Assembly: GCA_963796485.1 (NCBI GenBank)
Contig: CAWCLV010000009.1
Coordinates: 16,801-80,800, forward strand
Direction of reading: 5' to 3'
DNA length: 64,000 nucleotides
DNA from: Bryobacterales bacterium
Lineage (GTDB): Bacteria; Acidobacteriota; Terriglobia; Bryobacterales; Bryobacteraceae
The translations under genes were made by a program, and so were the position numbers. Position 1 is the stretch's first letter; every line of letters begins with the position of its first letter. Of the stretch, positions 19,391 to 27,324 are shown one piece after another. Under the pieces are notes generated by a model that had not been told where the DNA came from, made no database searches, and was given only the letters and a program-made list of their open reading frames with translations.

Positions 19391-20025
19391 CAGTTCACCT
19401 TTCCTTCCGCGGGTCTGGTGTCCGGATGGGACTTCAGCGCCCGCCTGTGATGTTGGTAAAAACAATTGCGATTCCCGTACTCCCCGAACCGGCAGCGCTC
19501 GCGATAGTAAATCTCGCATTGCATGCAGATAGCTTCGGGATCCGGGCTGGTACTGACGATCGCGCCGGCCAGACGGTCGAGGAGTTCCGCCGTTCGCTGT
19601 AACTCTCCCGGCGGGAACTGTGCGAGCGCCATCTTGGTCCTGTGGTCGCGGGCAGCCTGATATGCATCCATCAATTTACGGCTGGTTTCCGTCAGCGAGA
19701 GCCGGAATGAACGCCGGTCCTCCTGCGGAGAGACACGGCGCAATAGACGGCGCCGGACCAGTTTGTCGACCGCCTTGCCGGCGGCCCCGCAGGTTACCCC
19801 GAGAAATGCCGCCGCATCGCCAATGGTCAGAACATCCGTGTGGGCAACCAGGTAAAGCAACTTGAGCTGCGAGAAGGTGAGGCTGTCTCCGGAAACCTCG
19901 CGAAGAACCGTGCGTTCGATTACCTCCCGCACGGACCAGGCAAATACGCGCGCGCTGCTCAGAAACTGATTGCTCAGGTCGCTTGTGATCGCGGTCGCCG
20001 CGCTGTCCGTATCGACGGTTTCCAT
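19390..20025 (-). CDS. MarR-family winged-helix regulator with a C-terminal four-Cys extension
   Basis: MarR core reads FSQLKLLYLVAHT..LTIGDAAAFLGVT.GAAGKAVDKLVRRRLLRRV...DRRSFRLSLT. The tail CMQCEIYYRERCRFGEYGNRNCFYQHH lies at 19447-19527. The stop shares one base with the aprB ATG (TGATG). Confidence 0.75.
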   Translation of the reverse strand: METVDTDSAATAITSDLSNQFLSSARVFAWSVREVIERTVLREVSGDSLTFSQLKLLYLVAHTDVLTIGDAAAFLGVTCGAAGKAVDKLVRRRLLRRVSPQEDRRSFRLSLTETSRKLMDAYQAARDHRTKMALAQFPPGELQRTAELLDRLAGAIVSTSPDPEAICMQCEIYYRERCRFGEYGNRNCFYQHHRRALKSHPDTRPAEGKVN

Positions 20026-20061
20026 CGACTCTCCACCTGTTGCGGATGTTTGACCAAGTCG

Positions 20062-20090
20062 AAAGTAAACCTGCTCTAAAGTTGTCGCAA
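20062..20090 (-). promoter_or_regulatory. Candidate sigma70-type promoter for the marR-apr-qmo-dsr array
   Basis: On the reverse strand: TTGCGA, 17 nt, TACTTT, about 40 nt upstream of a GGTGGAGAG Shine-Dalgarno and the marR ATG. Pattern match only. Confidence 0.3.
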
Positions 20091-20282
20091 GATGATTTCA
20101 GGTTATGCAGGTCTGAAGTGGCTGAAAATTGTCACTTGTCCGGGATTTTATGGCTTCATCCGGAGATCGTGGCGAGTTGCTGCCTGCCGTTGGGAGTGGG
20201 CCAGATGCGCTTATCGACAAAAGCTCGCGGAAGGCCGGCACGTGCCCCTGAATTTCCAGAAAATCCGGAGCGCGCGTGGATT

Positions 20283-20296
20283 GAAATCCGGATTTC
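20283..20296. promoter_or_regulatory. Perfect 14-bp palindrome GAAATCCGGATTTC, candidate operator
   Basis: Read directly from the sequence. AAATCCGGA also occurs at 20261-20269. The site lies in the AT-richer 313-bp gap upstream of the marR-like gene. Confidence 0.35.
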
Positions 20297-20338
20297 GCCG
20301 ACGCCGCCTATGATTTCCGGTACGTGAGTGGAAATGTC

Positions 20339-22036
20339 CTACAGGGCCGCTGCCGTGACCAGATGGGTACCGCCTGCCACTGGATCCGTCCGGACAACTT
20401 GCAGCCCAAGCTCGCGGAGCGCGTCGGTCAGTCGTGCGACCGGCCAGTTTCGGCAGCCGCCGCGGATGACGTGACGGCCCAACGCCGAAAGCAGGACCTC
20501 GGGCGCAGGCGACGGCTCCGGCCCCACGAACGAATCGTGGAGAATCAGCAATCCGCCTGGGCCGAGCACACGTGCGGCGTTCGCGAGGGCCGGCTGGAAC
20601 TGGTCGCGTTCACAGCACGCCAGCAGGCCGGAGAACACAACTGCACCGTAGGGGCCGCTGCCGGCAGGAATGGCCGCGGCCGGACCGCCGTTTCCGGCTC
20701 CCGCGAACGGATTGCGGAATTCGAATGCCAGCCCCGGCCAGCGGTTCACGGCCGTATCGCGGTACACCTCGCCGCCCCATCCCACCAACAGTACGGGGCT
20801 GCGCTGCGCAAGATCCACCCGGTCCAGGACCAGCGGCGCGGCGTAACGCGCCATGCACTCACACGAGGATTCGTGAAGATTCCGGAGGTCCGGCGTACTG
20901 CCTTCCTCGCGTCCATTCAACACGTACCGGCCGACTTCGGTGAGCGAGGCCAGGTGCGCCGCATGGTAGAGAATCGCGGGACGCAGGCTCTGCGGCGAAT
21001 CCTCGACCAGATACCGCGCGGCAAGTTCCAGGTTCCGGTATCCCTCGCGTCCGGACTCCAGAATCCCCATCGAAACCAGGCACTCCAGCACTTCCGCGAG
21101 GCCGAGCGTATTCAGCCCGAGCCGCCGCGCCAATTCCGGGGGCGTTCGCCACTCCGCCAGCTGATCGAACAGCGAAACCGCCAGCGCGAACCGCAGCACC
21201 TGGCTGCCCATCCCCGCCGTCGCCAGGCGCAGGAGGGAATCCGGGGATGGCGCCGGTGCGAAGCTTGGGCTCTCGTCCTTCCGACGGGCCAAGTCCCGCT
21301 CCGAGCACTCGAGTTTCTCGCGGAGGCGAACCGCCTCGCCCACAACGAGAGTCGCCGGGGGGCTGATTCCCGCGCGCCGGGCTTCGGACTCGATCGTCGA
21401 TAGCGTGCCCGTGACCACTTTTTCGCCGTGCCAGAACGCCATCTGGATCATCGCGGCGGGAGTCTCGGGGCTGCGGCCGTGCGCAATCAGCTCGCCGGCA
21501 ATGCGGCCAAGGTTATGGACGGACATGAGGAACACCAGCGAGTCCATGCCCGCCAAGGCATCCCAATTCAGGCGGCTCCCGTCCCGGTTCGCTTCGTGGC
21601 CCGTGACAATCGCCACGGTAGAAGCCGCATTCCGGTGGGTGATCGCGATCCCCGCGCTCAACGGAGCCGCCAGAGCCGAAGAGACGCCCGGAATCACTTC
21701 GAACGGTATGGAGTGCTCCGCAAGATATTCGGCCTCCTCCCCGCCGCGGCCGAACAGGAACGGATCGCCCCCTTTGAGCCGGACCACCATTTTGCCTTCG
21801 CGCGCCTTGCGGACCAGCAGGCAGTGGATTTCATCCTGGCGGGTATCGTGCTTCCCGAGGGGCTTGCCCATGTAGATGCGCTCGGCCGCCGGCCTGGCGA
21901 GCGCCAGCACGTCCTCCTGGATCAGGCGATCATAGACCACTACGTCGGCGCCTTGCAGAAGCTTCGCCGCTTTCACGGTGAGCAGTTCAGGATGCCCGGG
22001 GCCGGCGCCCACAATGTACACTTTTCCGATCGCCAT
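20339..22036 (-). CDS. cobA: Uroporphyrinogen-III C-methyltransferase (SUMT/CobA) fused to an O-methyltransferase-family-like C-terminal domain
   Basis: The N-terminal ~245 aa carry VYIVGAGPGHPELLTVKA and GGDPFLFGRGGEE (SUMT). After a Pro/Ser linker comes a winged-helix dimerisation-like segment, then a class-I MTase-like fold (VLLVGWGGEV...RVLGPGGLLILHD). Confidence 0.8.
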   Translation of the reverse strand: MAIGKVYIVGAGPGHPELLTVKAAKLLQGADVVVYDRLIQEDVLALARPAAERIYMGKPLGKHDTRQDEIHCLLVRKAREGKMVVRLKGGDPFLFGRGGEEAEYLAEHSIPFEVIPGVSSALAAPLSAGIAITHRNAASTVAIVTGHEANRDGSRLNWDALAGMDSLVFLMSVHNLGRIAGELIAHGRSPETPAAMIQMAFWHGEKVVTGTLSTIESEARRAGISPPATLVVGEAVRLREKLECSERDLARRKDESPSFAPAPSPDSLLRLATAGMGSQVLRFALAVSLFDQLAEWRTPPELARRLGLNTLGLAEVLECLVSMGILESGREGYRNLELAARYLVEDSPQSLRPAILYHAAHLASLTEVGRYVLNGREEGSTPDLRNLHESSCECMARYAAPLVLDRVDLAQRSPVLLVGWGGEVYRDTAVNRWPGLAFEFRNPFAGAGNGGPAAAIPAGSGPYGAVVFSGLLACCERDQFQPALANAARVLGPGGLLILHDSFVGPEPSPAPEVLLSALGRHVIRGGCRNWPVARLTDALRELGLQVVRTDPVAGGTHLVTAAAL

Positions 22037-22149
22037 ATGATTTCCCGCGCAGTTTTTCCTTGCGTTCGCGGGCCAAGCGAATACGATGATATTGTGACCC
22101 GCAAGTCGGAAATTGTCCAGTAAGGGCGGGTCTCAGAGGGTTTTACTTC

Positions 22150-22959
22150 ATGTCGGTGATCACTATTTCCAGAGGTTCATTCAGCGGCGGCAAGATGCTG
22201 GCCGAGTGCCTGTCCGGCGCACTTGGGTATCGCTGCGTTGATCGCGAAGTCATCGTGGAGCGAGCGGCCGCGCACGGAGTCTCCCAGGAGGAGCTTCGCG
22301 ATGCGTTGCAGAAGCCGCCGACGTTCCTGGATCGTTTCCAGCACAAGAAATACCTTTACCTCGTTCTGATCCAGGCGGCGCTATGCGAGGAAGTGAGAAC
22401 CGGGCGGGCTGTATATCACGGCAACGCCGGGCACCTGCTGCTTAAGGGCGGGCCACACATCCTGAGAGTGCGCATCATCGCCCCGATCGAGTTCCGTATC
22501 AGAATGGCGCAGGACCGTCTGAAGCTCAGCCGCGCGGAAGCTTTGGAGCATATTGGCAAAATGGACCAGGACCGGCGCCGGTGGACGCAGTACCTCTACG
22601 GCGTCGATTGGGGCGACCCCGCCAACTACGATATCGTCGTCAACCTGGAGTTCATGGAAATCTGCGAGGCATGCGAAGCCATCGCGACTCTGGCCCGCCA
22701 GAGGTGTTTCGAGTTCACGGCGTGCTGCCAGGCGGCGATGGACGACCTCACGCTCGCCAGCCAGGTCCGGGCCGCTGTGGCACTCAACGGCTCCACTTCG
22801 CACCTCGAGGTGGAAGTGACCGCGAAGGACGGCGTACTCTCGATCCGCGGCGGAGTCTCCAACATGAGGGATGTGGTGGAAGTGAGGCGCATTGCTTCGG
22901 AGATGCCGGGAGTGGTCAGCCTGAACCTGGATGAGCTGGCGTCGCCAGTGCGCGCCTGA
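22150..22959 (+). CDS. Cytidylate-kinase-like family protein fused to a C-terminal BON domain (paralog 1)
   Basis: MSVITISRGSFSGGKMLAECLSGALGYRCVDRE matches my recollection of the degenerate P-loop of the cytidylate kinase-like family. The C-terminus LEVEVTAKDGVLSIRGGVSNMRDVVEVRRIASEMPGVVSL is BON-like. Confidence 0.7.
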   Translation: MSVITISRGSFSGGKMLAECLSGALGYRCVDREVIVERAAAHGVSQEELRDALQKPPTFLDRFQHKKYLYLVLIQAALCEEVRTGRAVYHGNAGHLLLKGGPHILRVRIIAPIEFRIRMAQDRLKLSRAEALEHIGKMDQDRRRWTQYLYGVDWGDPANYDIVVNLEFMEICEACEAIATLARQRCFEFTACCQAAMDDLTLASQVRAAVALNGSTSHLEVEVTAKDGVLSIRGGVSNMRDVVEVRRIASEMPGVVSLNLDELASPVRA

Positions 22960-22997
22960 GCGGCTCGATCCCTGCGCACGGACAGGGGTCGAGCCGC
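22960..22997. terminator. Strong hairpin between convergent genes (possible bidirectional terminator)
   Basis: GCGGCTCGATCCCTG, 8-nt loop, CAGGGGTCGAGCCGC: a 15-bp stem with one G-U pair, starting directly after the stop at 22957-22959. No U-tract on either side. Confidence 0.5.
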
Positions 22998-23007
22998 GGC
23001 CGGGAGG

Positions 23008-24315
23008 TCAGACCCTGGCGCTCACTCCGACGGTTTCTTTCGTGGCGGGCAGGTGCCGAAGATCATGCCCCGTGTACACCTGCCGTGGGCGCGCGATCTT
23101 CTGTTCGGGATCCCTCATCAGCTCATCCCACTGGGCCAGCCATCCGACAGTTCGCGGAATGGCGAACAGGACGGTGAACATGCTCGGATGGAACCCCATG
23201 GCCTGGTAGATGATGCCCGAGTAAAAATCCACGTTCGGGTACAACTTCCGCGAAACGAAGTACTCGTCTTCGAGCGCGATTCTCTCCAGTTCGAGCGCGA
23301 TATCCAGCCGCGTGTTACGCCCGGTTACCTGGAACACCTGCTCGGCCGCCCACTTGATGATCCGCGCGCGCGGGTCATAGTTTTTGTAAACGCGGTGGCC
23401 GAATCCCATGAGCTTCATCTTCCCGGACTTCACCTGCTCCATGTATGCGGGGATGTTTTTGATGCTGCCGATCTGGTCAAGCATCTTCAGGACCTGTTCG
23501 TTGGCGCCCCCGTGGAGCGGTCCGGATAGGGCCGCCGCGGCGGCGGCTGTGGACAGGTATGGATCGGCCTGGGAACTGGCCACCGAACGCATCGCATTCG
23601 TGCTGCAGTTCTGCTCGTGATCGGCGTGCAGAATGAACAGGATGTCCAGAGCGCGTGCCAGTACCGGGTTCGCCGCATACTTCGGCTCGGTCATCTTCCA
23701 CAGCATGTTCATGAAGTTGGCCGTGTAGCCCAAATCGTTGTCCGGATAGACGTAAGGCAGGCCGAGGCTATGCCGGTAAGTGTAAGCGGCGATCGTCGGT
23801 ATCTTGGCGATAAGCCGGGCGATCTGCACCTTCCGGTTCGCCGGATCGAGAACATTGCGGGCTTCCGGGTATACCGTAGACAACGCCGCAACGGTGCTCA
23901 CGAGCATGCCCATGGGATGGGCATCGTACCGGAAACCCTCCAGAAATTTCTTCGTAGTCTCGTGGATCATCGTGTGGTACGTGATCGCACGAACCCATTC
24001 CTTCAACTGTTCGGGTTCGGGAAGCTCCCCGTTGAGAAGCAGGTATGCAACTTCCAGAAACGTACACTTCTCGGCTAACTCCTCGATCGGGTATCCGCGA
24101 TATCGCAGGATTCCCTTGTCGCCGTCGATGAACGTGATACTGCTGCGGCAGGAGGCGGTATTCATAAACGCAGGGTCATAGGTCATGATCCCGAAATCTT
24201 CCGCATCCTCCTTGATATGACGAAGGTCCATGGCACGGATCGTGCCGTGGTCCACGGGTAGGTCATAGACCCTGTCCGTGCGCCCATCGGTAATTTTTAA
24301 GGCTTGCTCATTCAT
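23008..24315 (-). CDS. gltA: Citrate synthase (type II)
   Basis: 435 aa with the GFGHRVYKNYDPRA signature and LHADHEQN. Confidence 0.92.
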   Translation of the reverse strand: MNEQALKITDGRTDRVYDLPVDHGTIRAMDLRHIKEDAEDFGIMTYDPAFMNTASCRSSITFIDGDKGILRYRGYPIEELAEKCTFLEVAYLLLNGELPEPEQLKEWVRAITYHTMIHETTKKFLEGFRYDAHPMGMLVSTVAALSTVYPEARNVLDPANRKVQIARLIAKIPTIAAYTYRHSLGLPYVYPDNDLGYTANFMNMLWKMTEPKYAANPVLARALDILFILHADHEQNCSTNAMRSVASSQADPYLSTAAAAAALSGPLHGGANEQVLKMLDQIGSIKNIPAYMEQVKSGKMKLMGFGHRVYKNYDPRARIIKWAAEQVFQVTGRNTRLDIALELERIALEDEYFVSRKLYPNVDFYSGIIYQAMGFHPSMFTVLFAIPRTVGWLAQWDELMRDPEQKIARPRQVYTGHDLRHLPATKETVGVSARV

Positions 24316-24428
24316 CTGTCGCTCAGGCTTTCTTCACATTCGACTCCGCGACGCCCTATTGCGTTCGCGGGCCCCGGGGACAGCGCGGCTTCGCCAAATC
24401 CGGCTAACTCTGTTCCCGGCGAGAAAAG

Positions 24429-24440
24429 TATGCTATAAGT
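24429..24440 (+). promoter_or_regulatory. Extended -10 promoter element TATGCTATAAGT (copy A)
   Basis: TGcTATAAG fits the TGnTATAAT consensus. The identical 12-mer recurs at 26265-26276. Confidence 0.5.
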
Positions 24441-24469
24441 TTTTCGAAGCTACAAGCAGTAAGTTTCGA

Positions 24470-24489
24470 CCCGATGATCCGGCATCGGG
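24470..24489 (+). promoter_or_regulatory. Conserved 5'-leader hairpin (copy A)
   Basis: CCCGATG-ATCCGG-CATCGGG. The 16-mer GATGATCCGGCATCGG is identical to the one at 26302-26317. It ends 17 nt upstream of the ATG. Confidence 0.5.
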
Positions 24490-24505
24490 GGATTGGGATT
24501 GTAAG

Positions 24506-25414
24506 ATGGGCGCAACTGCCGATATCACCGGATCTCCCCTTGACCCGTCGCAAAGGTGCTCCTTGAGCACAAGGGTAACTGCCTCACAGGACAGCGGGAC
24601 CGCGCTTCTGATCTCGCGGGGAACCATGTCCGGGGCTGCGCTGATCGCCGAATGCCTCTCCCGCAGAAGCGGTGTACGCTGCGTCACCAGAGAGCACCTG
24701 GCATCCGCCATCAACAGCTACGGCGGCCTGGCAACGCGAATCGCGGAACAGATTCGCCGCGCCGATCACGCGTACGACCAGTTCAGCCATATCCGCCGGC
24801 CTTACCTGATTTTGATGCGGCGCGCGCTGCTCGAATACGCGCGAGCGGGCGGACTGGCGTACTTCGGCTACTCGGGGCACCTGCTCGTTCCCAGAATTCC
24901 GCACTTTGCGCGCATCCGGCTGATCGCCCCCCTCGAAGTGCGCGTCGCCCGTACGCGGCAGTCGTTGGGCTATTCCGAAGAGCAAGCCAGAGAGTATATC
25001 CGCGACCTGGACGCAGAGCGCGCGCACTGGGCGCGCCTGATGTACGGCATCGATATCCGGCAGCCTTCCGGATACGACTTTTGCGTCAATCTGGAACGGC
25101 TGACGCTCCCGGGCGCCTGCGATCTGCTGGTGAACATTCGCGAGCAGCCCGAATTCCAACCCACGCCGGCCTCCGTCGCGCAGGTCGAGAGCGAGTACCT
25201 CGCCACGCAGGTGCTGGCCGCGCTGGCGCTCGATCCGGAGACTCTCTCGATCGAACTTGCCGCAACCGCCGCGGACGGAGCGGTACGCCTGGTGGGCCCG
25301 TATCTCCCCGGCGCCGCCCTGGAGCAGGCGCTTTCGGTGGCCCGAGCCGTCCCGGGAGTCCGCCAGGTGGAGTATGAACCAGGTTATACACCAGCCTTCA
25401 GTTATGCATCCTGA
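24506..25414 (+). CDS. Cytidylate-kinase-like/BON protein (paralog 2, N-terminally extended)
   Basis: Start placed at MGATADITG so that the conserved ALLISRGTMSGAALIAECLSRRSGVRCV block is retained. It aligns by eye with paralogs 1 and 3 over the full length (RIRLIAPLEVRV, VNLERLTL). Start is uncertain. Confidence 0.65.
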   Translation: MGATADITGSPLDPSQRCSLSTRVTASQDSGTALLISRGTMSGAALIAECLSRRSGVRCVTREHLASAINSYGGLATRIAEQIRRADHAYDQFSHIRRPYLILMRRALLEYARAGGLAYFGYSGHLLVPRIPHFARIRLIAPLEVRVARTRQSLGYSEEQAREYIRDLDAERAHWARLMYGIDIRQPSGYDFCVNLERLTLPGACDLLVNIREQPEFQPTPASVAQVESEYLATQVLAALALDPETLSIELAATAADGAVRLVGPYLPGAALEQALSVARAVPGVRQVEYEPGYTPAFSYAS

Positions 25415-25459
25415 TCGGACGCGATATCCCCCGAAATCCAAAGTGAAGGGAAACGATTT

Positions 25460-26218
25460 ATGCCAGAACTGCACACTGCCGGCCGGACCGGCATCTTTTC
25501 GCTGCTTACGCGGCTGACTGAACTGGAACAGGCGCAATCCGAGGCCATGTTCGAACAGAGTGCGCTGGCACGGGACAGGACACGGACCACGTCGGACCTG
25601 GCACTCTACTCCGCCAAAACGGCCGAGAATGCGGTCACCCAGACCAGCCTCGCCAAGGAGCGAACCGGCCTCACGAGGGAACAGACCAGGCTCTCCACGC
25701 GGAGCAGCGAGCTCGCTTCGATCCGAACCGAGTTTGCGCGCGAACGGACCGGCTACGCGGAAGAGCGCACCCGCCTCGCCACGCAGCGCACCGAGATGGC
25801 GGCCAGGAGGGTGAAGTTGGCCGAGGCACGGAACGAACTTGCCGAGCGCCGCACGACGCTTTCCCGGGAACGCAGCTCCCTGGCCGGCGTTCGCACCGGC
25901 CTGTCTCATCGCCGCACCGTGACGGCGCTCACGAGGACGCGCCTGTCTTTCCAGCGGACGGAACTCGCGCGGGGCCGAACGGCGCTCGCCCTCATCCGCA
26001 CCGGACTTTCGTTCCTGACGCTGGGCGTGACGTTTCTCCGGTACTTCGGACTGTCGCGGTGGACGCCCTTCGATATAGCCCTGATCCTCTCCAGTCTGGT
26101 GGCGGTCTGGTTCGGAGCCCGCGGCTATCGCCGGGCAGCCGCCGCCGAGAAACTGGTGCAACGGGTGCTGGGCAGGGACAAGGGGATGGATGAGGTGCTC
26201 GCCGAGACCGTAGGCTGA
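25460..26218 (+). CDS. DUF202/YidH-like membrane protein with a long heptad-repeat N-terminal region
   Basis: 252 aa. ERTxLA-type motifs repeat many times, followed by two C-terminal TM helices (LSFLTLGVTFLRYFGL; IALILSSLVAVWFGA). Confidence 0.65.
   Translation: MPELHTAGRTGIFSLLTRLTELEQAQSEAMFEQSALARDRTRTTSDLALYSAKTAENAVTQTSLAKERTGLTREQTRLSTRSSELASIRTEFARERTGYAEERTRLATQRTEMAARRVKLAEARNELAERRTTLSRERSSLAGVRTGLSHRRTVTALTRTRLSFQRTELARGRTALALIRTGLSFLTLGVTFLRYFGLSRWTPFDIALILSSLVAVWFGARGYRRAAAAEKLVQRVLGRDKGMDEVLAETVG
25577..26017 (+). repeat. 21 in-register heptads of [R/Q][T/S]xLxxx (coding, 21-nt periodicity)
   Basis: Residues 40-186 parse without register breaks: RTGLTRE/QTRLSTR/SSELASI/RTEFARE/RTGYAEE/RTRLATQ/.../RTALALI/RTGLSFL. 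Thirteen heptads start with RT. Confidence 0.8.
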
Positions 26219-26264
26219 GGGCAGCGGAAGCCCAATCCCATTTTTCTGGTCTCGCCGTGAAATC

Positions 26265-26276
26265 TATGCTATAAGT
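26265..26276 (+). promoter_or_regulatory. Extended -10 promoter element TATGCTATAAGT (copy B)
   Basis: Identical 12-mer to 24429-24440, located 70 nt upstream of the first TauE start. Confidence 0.5.
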
Positions 26277-26296
26277 CACTCGATAACGTATTTTGA

Positions 26297-26320
26297 GGTC
26301 TGATGATCCGGCATCGGACC
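26297..26320 (+). promoter_or_regulatory. Conserved 5'-leader hairpin (copy B)
   Basis: GGTCTGATG-ATCCGG-CATCGGACC. It has the same loop and upper stem as copy A. The lower stem differs but still pairs, with one G-U. Confidence 0.5.
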
Positions 26321-26346
26321 GAGTTCCGGGAGGACGGGGCGAAATA

Positions 26347-27324
26347 ATGTCGGTCTTTTTACCGATTGCCGGAGTCAGCATCAATCTCTGGATCCTGGTC
26401 GGAGCCGGGGCGCTTGTGGGCTTCCTCTCCGGTCTCCTGGGTGTGGGCGGCGGGTTCCTGCTCACTCCCATTCTGATGCTGGTAGGCATCCCTCCCACCG
26501 TCGCCGCAGCCTCCGACTCCTGTCAGATCGTGGCCGCCTCTTCGTCCGCGGTAGCCGCTCACTTCCGCCTCGGGAACGTGGATTTCAAGATGGGCCTGAC
26601 CCTGCTCTCCGGAGGCTTGGTCGGCGCGGGCATCGGTGTCGAACTGATCAAAGTACTGCGCTCGATCGGGAACGCCGACTCGCTGATCACCATCACGTAC
26701 ATTCTGGTGTTGGGGGCGGTGGGCGGCTCCATGTTCGTCGCCAGCCTGAAAAATCTCCGGCGCGGACCGATGGAGTCCAGGGAGCGCAAGAAGGCCCCTT
26801 CCGCGGGGATCCTGCGACGCCTGCCCCTCCAGGCGTATTTCCCGCGATCGAATGTCCATCACTCCCTTCTGGTGCCGTTCGCGCTGTGCATCATGGTGGG
26901 CATCCTGGCATCCATCATGGGCGTCGGCGGCGCTTTTATGATGGTGCCGATGATGGTGTACGTGCTCGGCATGCCGGCGCACGTAGCGGTCGGCACGTCG
27001 CTGTTTCAAACGCTGTTCACCTGTGCGGGCGTGACCTACATGCAGTCCGCCACCAACCACACGGTGGATCTTGTGCTCGCGCTCCTGCTTGCCGCCGGTT
27101 CCACGATCGGCGCGCAGGCGGGTGCGCGCCTGACCAAATTCCTGCGGGGCGACCAGTTGCTCATTATCCTGGCCACCCTGGCACTTGTGGTCGTGGTCAA
27201 AATGCTGGTGGGCGTCCTGGTGGCACCGTCGAACCTGCTCAGTCCCGCCGCGCATGCCGCGCTGGACTGGCATTCCCTTCCCGCTTGGGGCGGGCAGATC
27301 TGGAGGATTGTCGTCAATGTGTAG
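26347..27324 (+). CDS. TauE/SafE-family anion (sulfite/sulfonate-type) permease, copy 1
   Basis: Start placed at MSVFLPIAG. The LLGVGGGFLLTPILM motif repeats internally as IMGVGGAFMMVPMM, and the protein has about 8 TM helices. Confidence 0.75.
   Translation: MSVFLPIAGVSINLWILVGAGALVGFLSGLLGVGGGFLLTPILMLVGIPPTVAAASDSCQIVAASSSAVAAHFRLGNVDFKMGLTLLSGGLVGAGIGVELIKVLRSIGNADSLITITYILVLGAVGGSMFVASLKNLRRGPMESRERKKAPSAGILRRLPLQAYFPRSNVHHSLLVPFALCIMVGILASIMGVGGAFMMVPMMVYVLGMPAHVAVGTSLFQTLFTCAGVTYMQSATNHTVDLVLALLLAAGSTIGAQAGARLTKFLRGDQLLIILATLALVVVVKMLVGVLVAPSNLLSPAAHAALDWHSLPAWGGQIWRIVVNV

Noticed and set aside
25577-26017. 21-nt periodic repetition that might be taken for a tandem DNA repeat or CRISPR-like array.
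   Set aside because: The periodicity is at the amino-acid (heptad) level inside a clean ORF. The nucleotide units are degenerate, and there are no spacer/repeat structure or cas genes.
26219-26264. Possible intrinsic terminator after the DUF202-like gene (GGGC-agcggaa-GCCC followed by CATTTTT).
   Set aside because: The stem is only 4 bp and the T-tract is separated from the stem. This is too weak to report as a feature.
20261-26320. The shared ATCCGG core between the palindrome upstream of the marR-like gene and the loops of the two leader hairpins, as evidence for one common regulator.
   Set aside because: A 6-mer match in GC-rich DNA is expected by chance. The flanking sequences differ (AAATCCGGATTT versus GATGATCCGGCATC).
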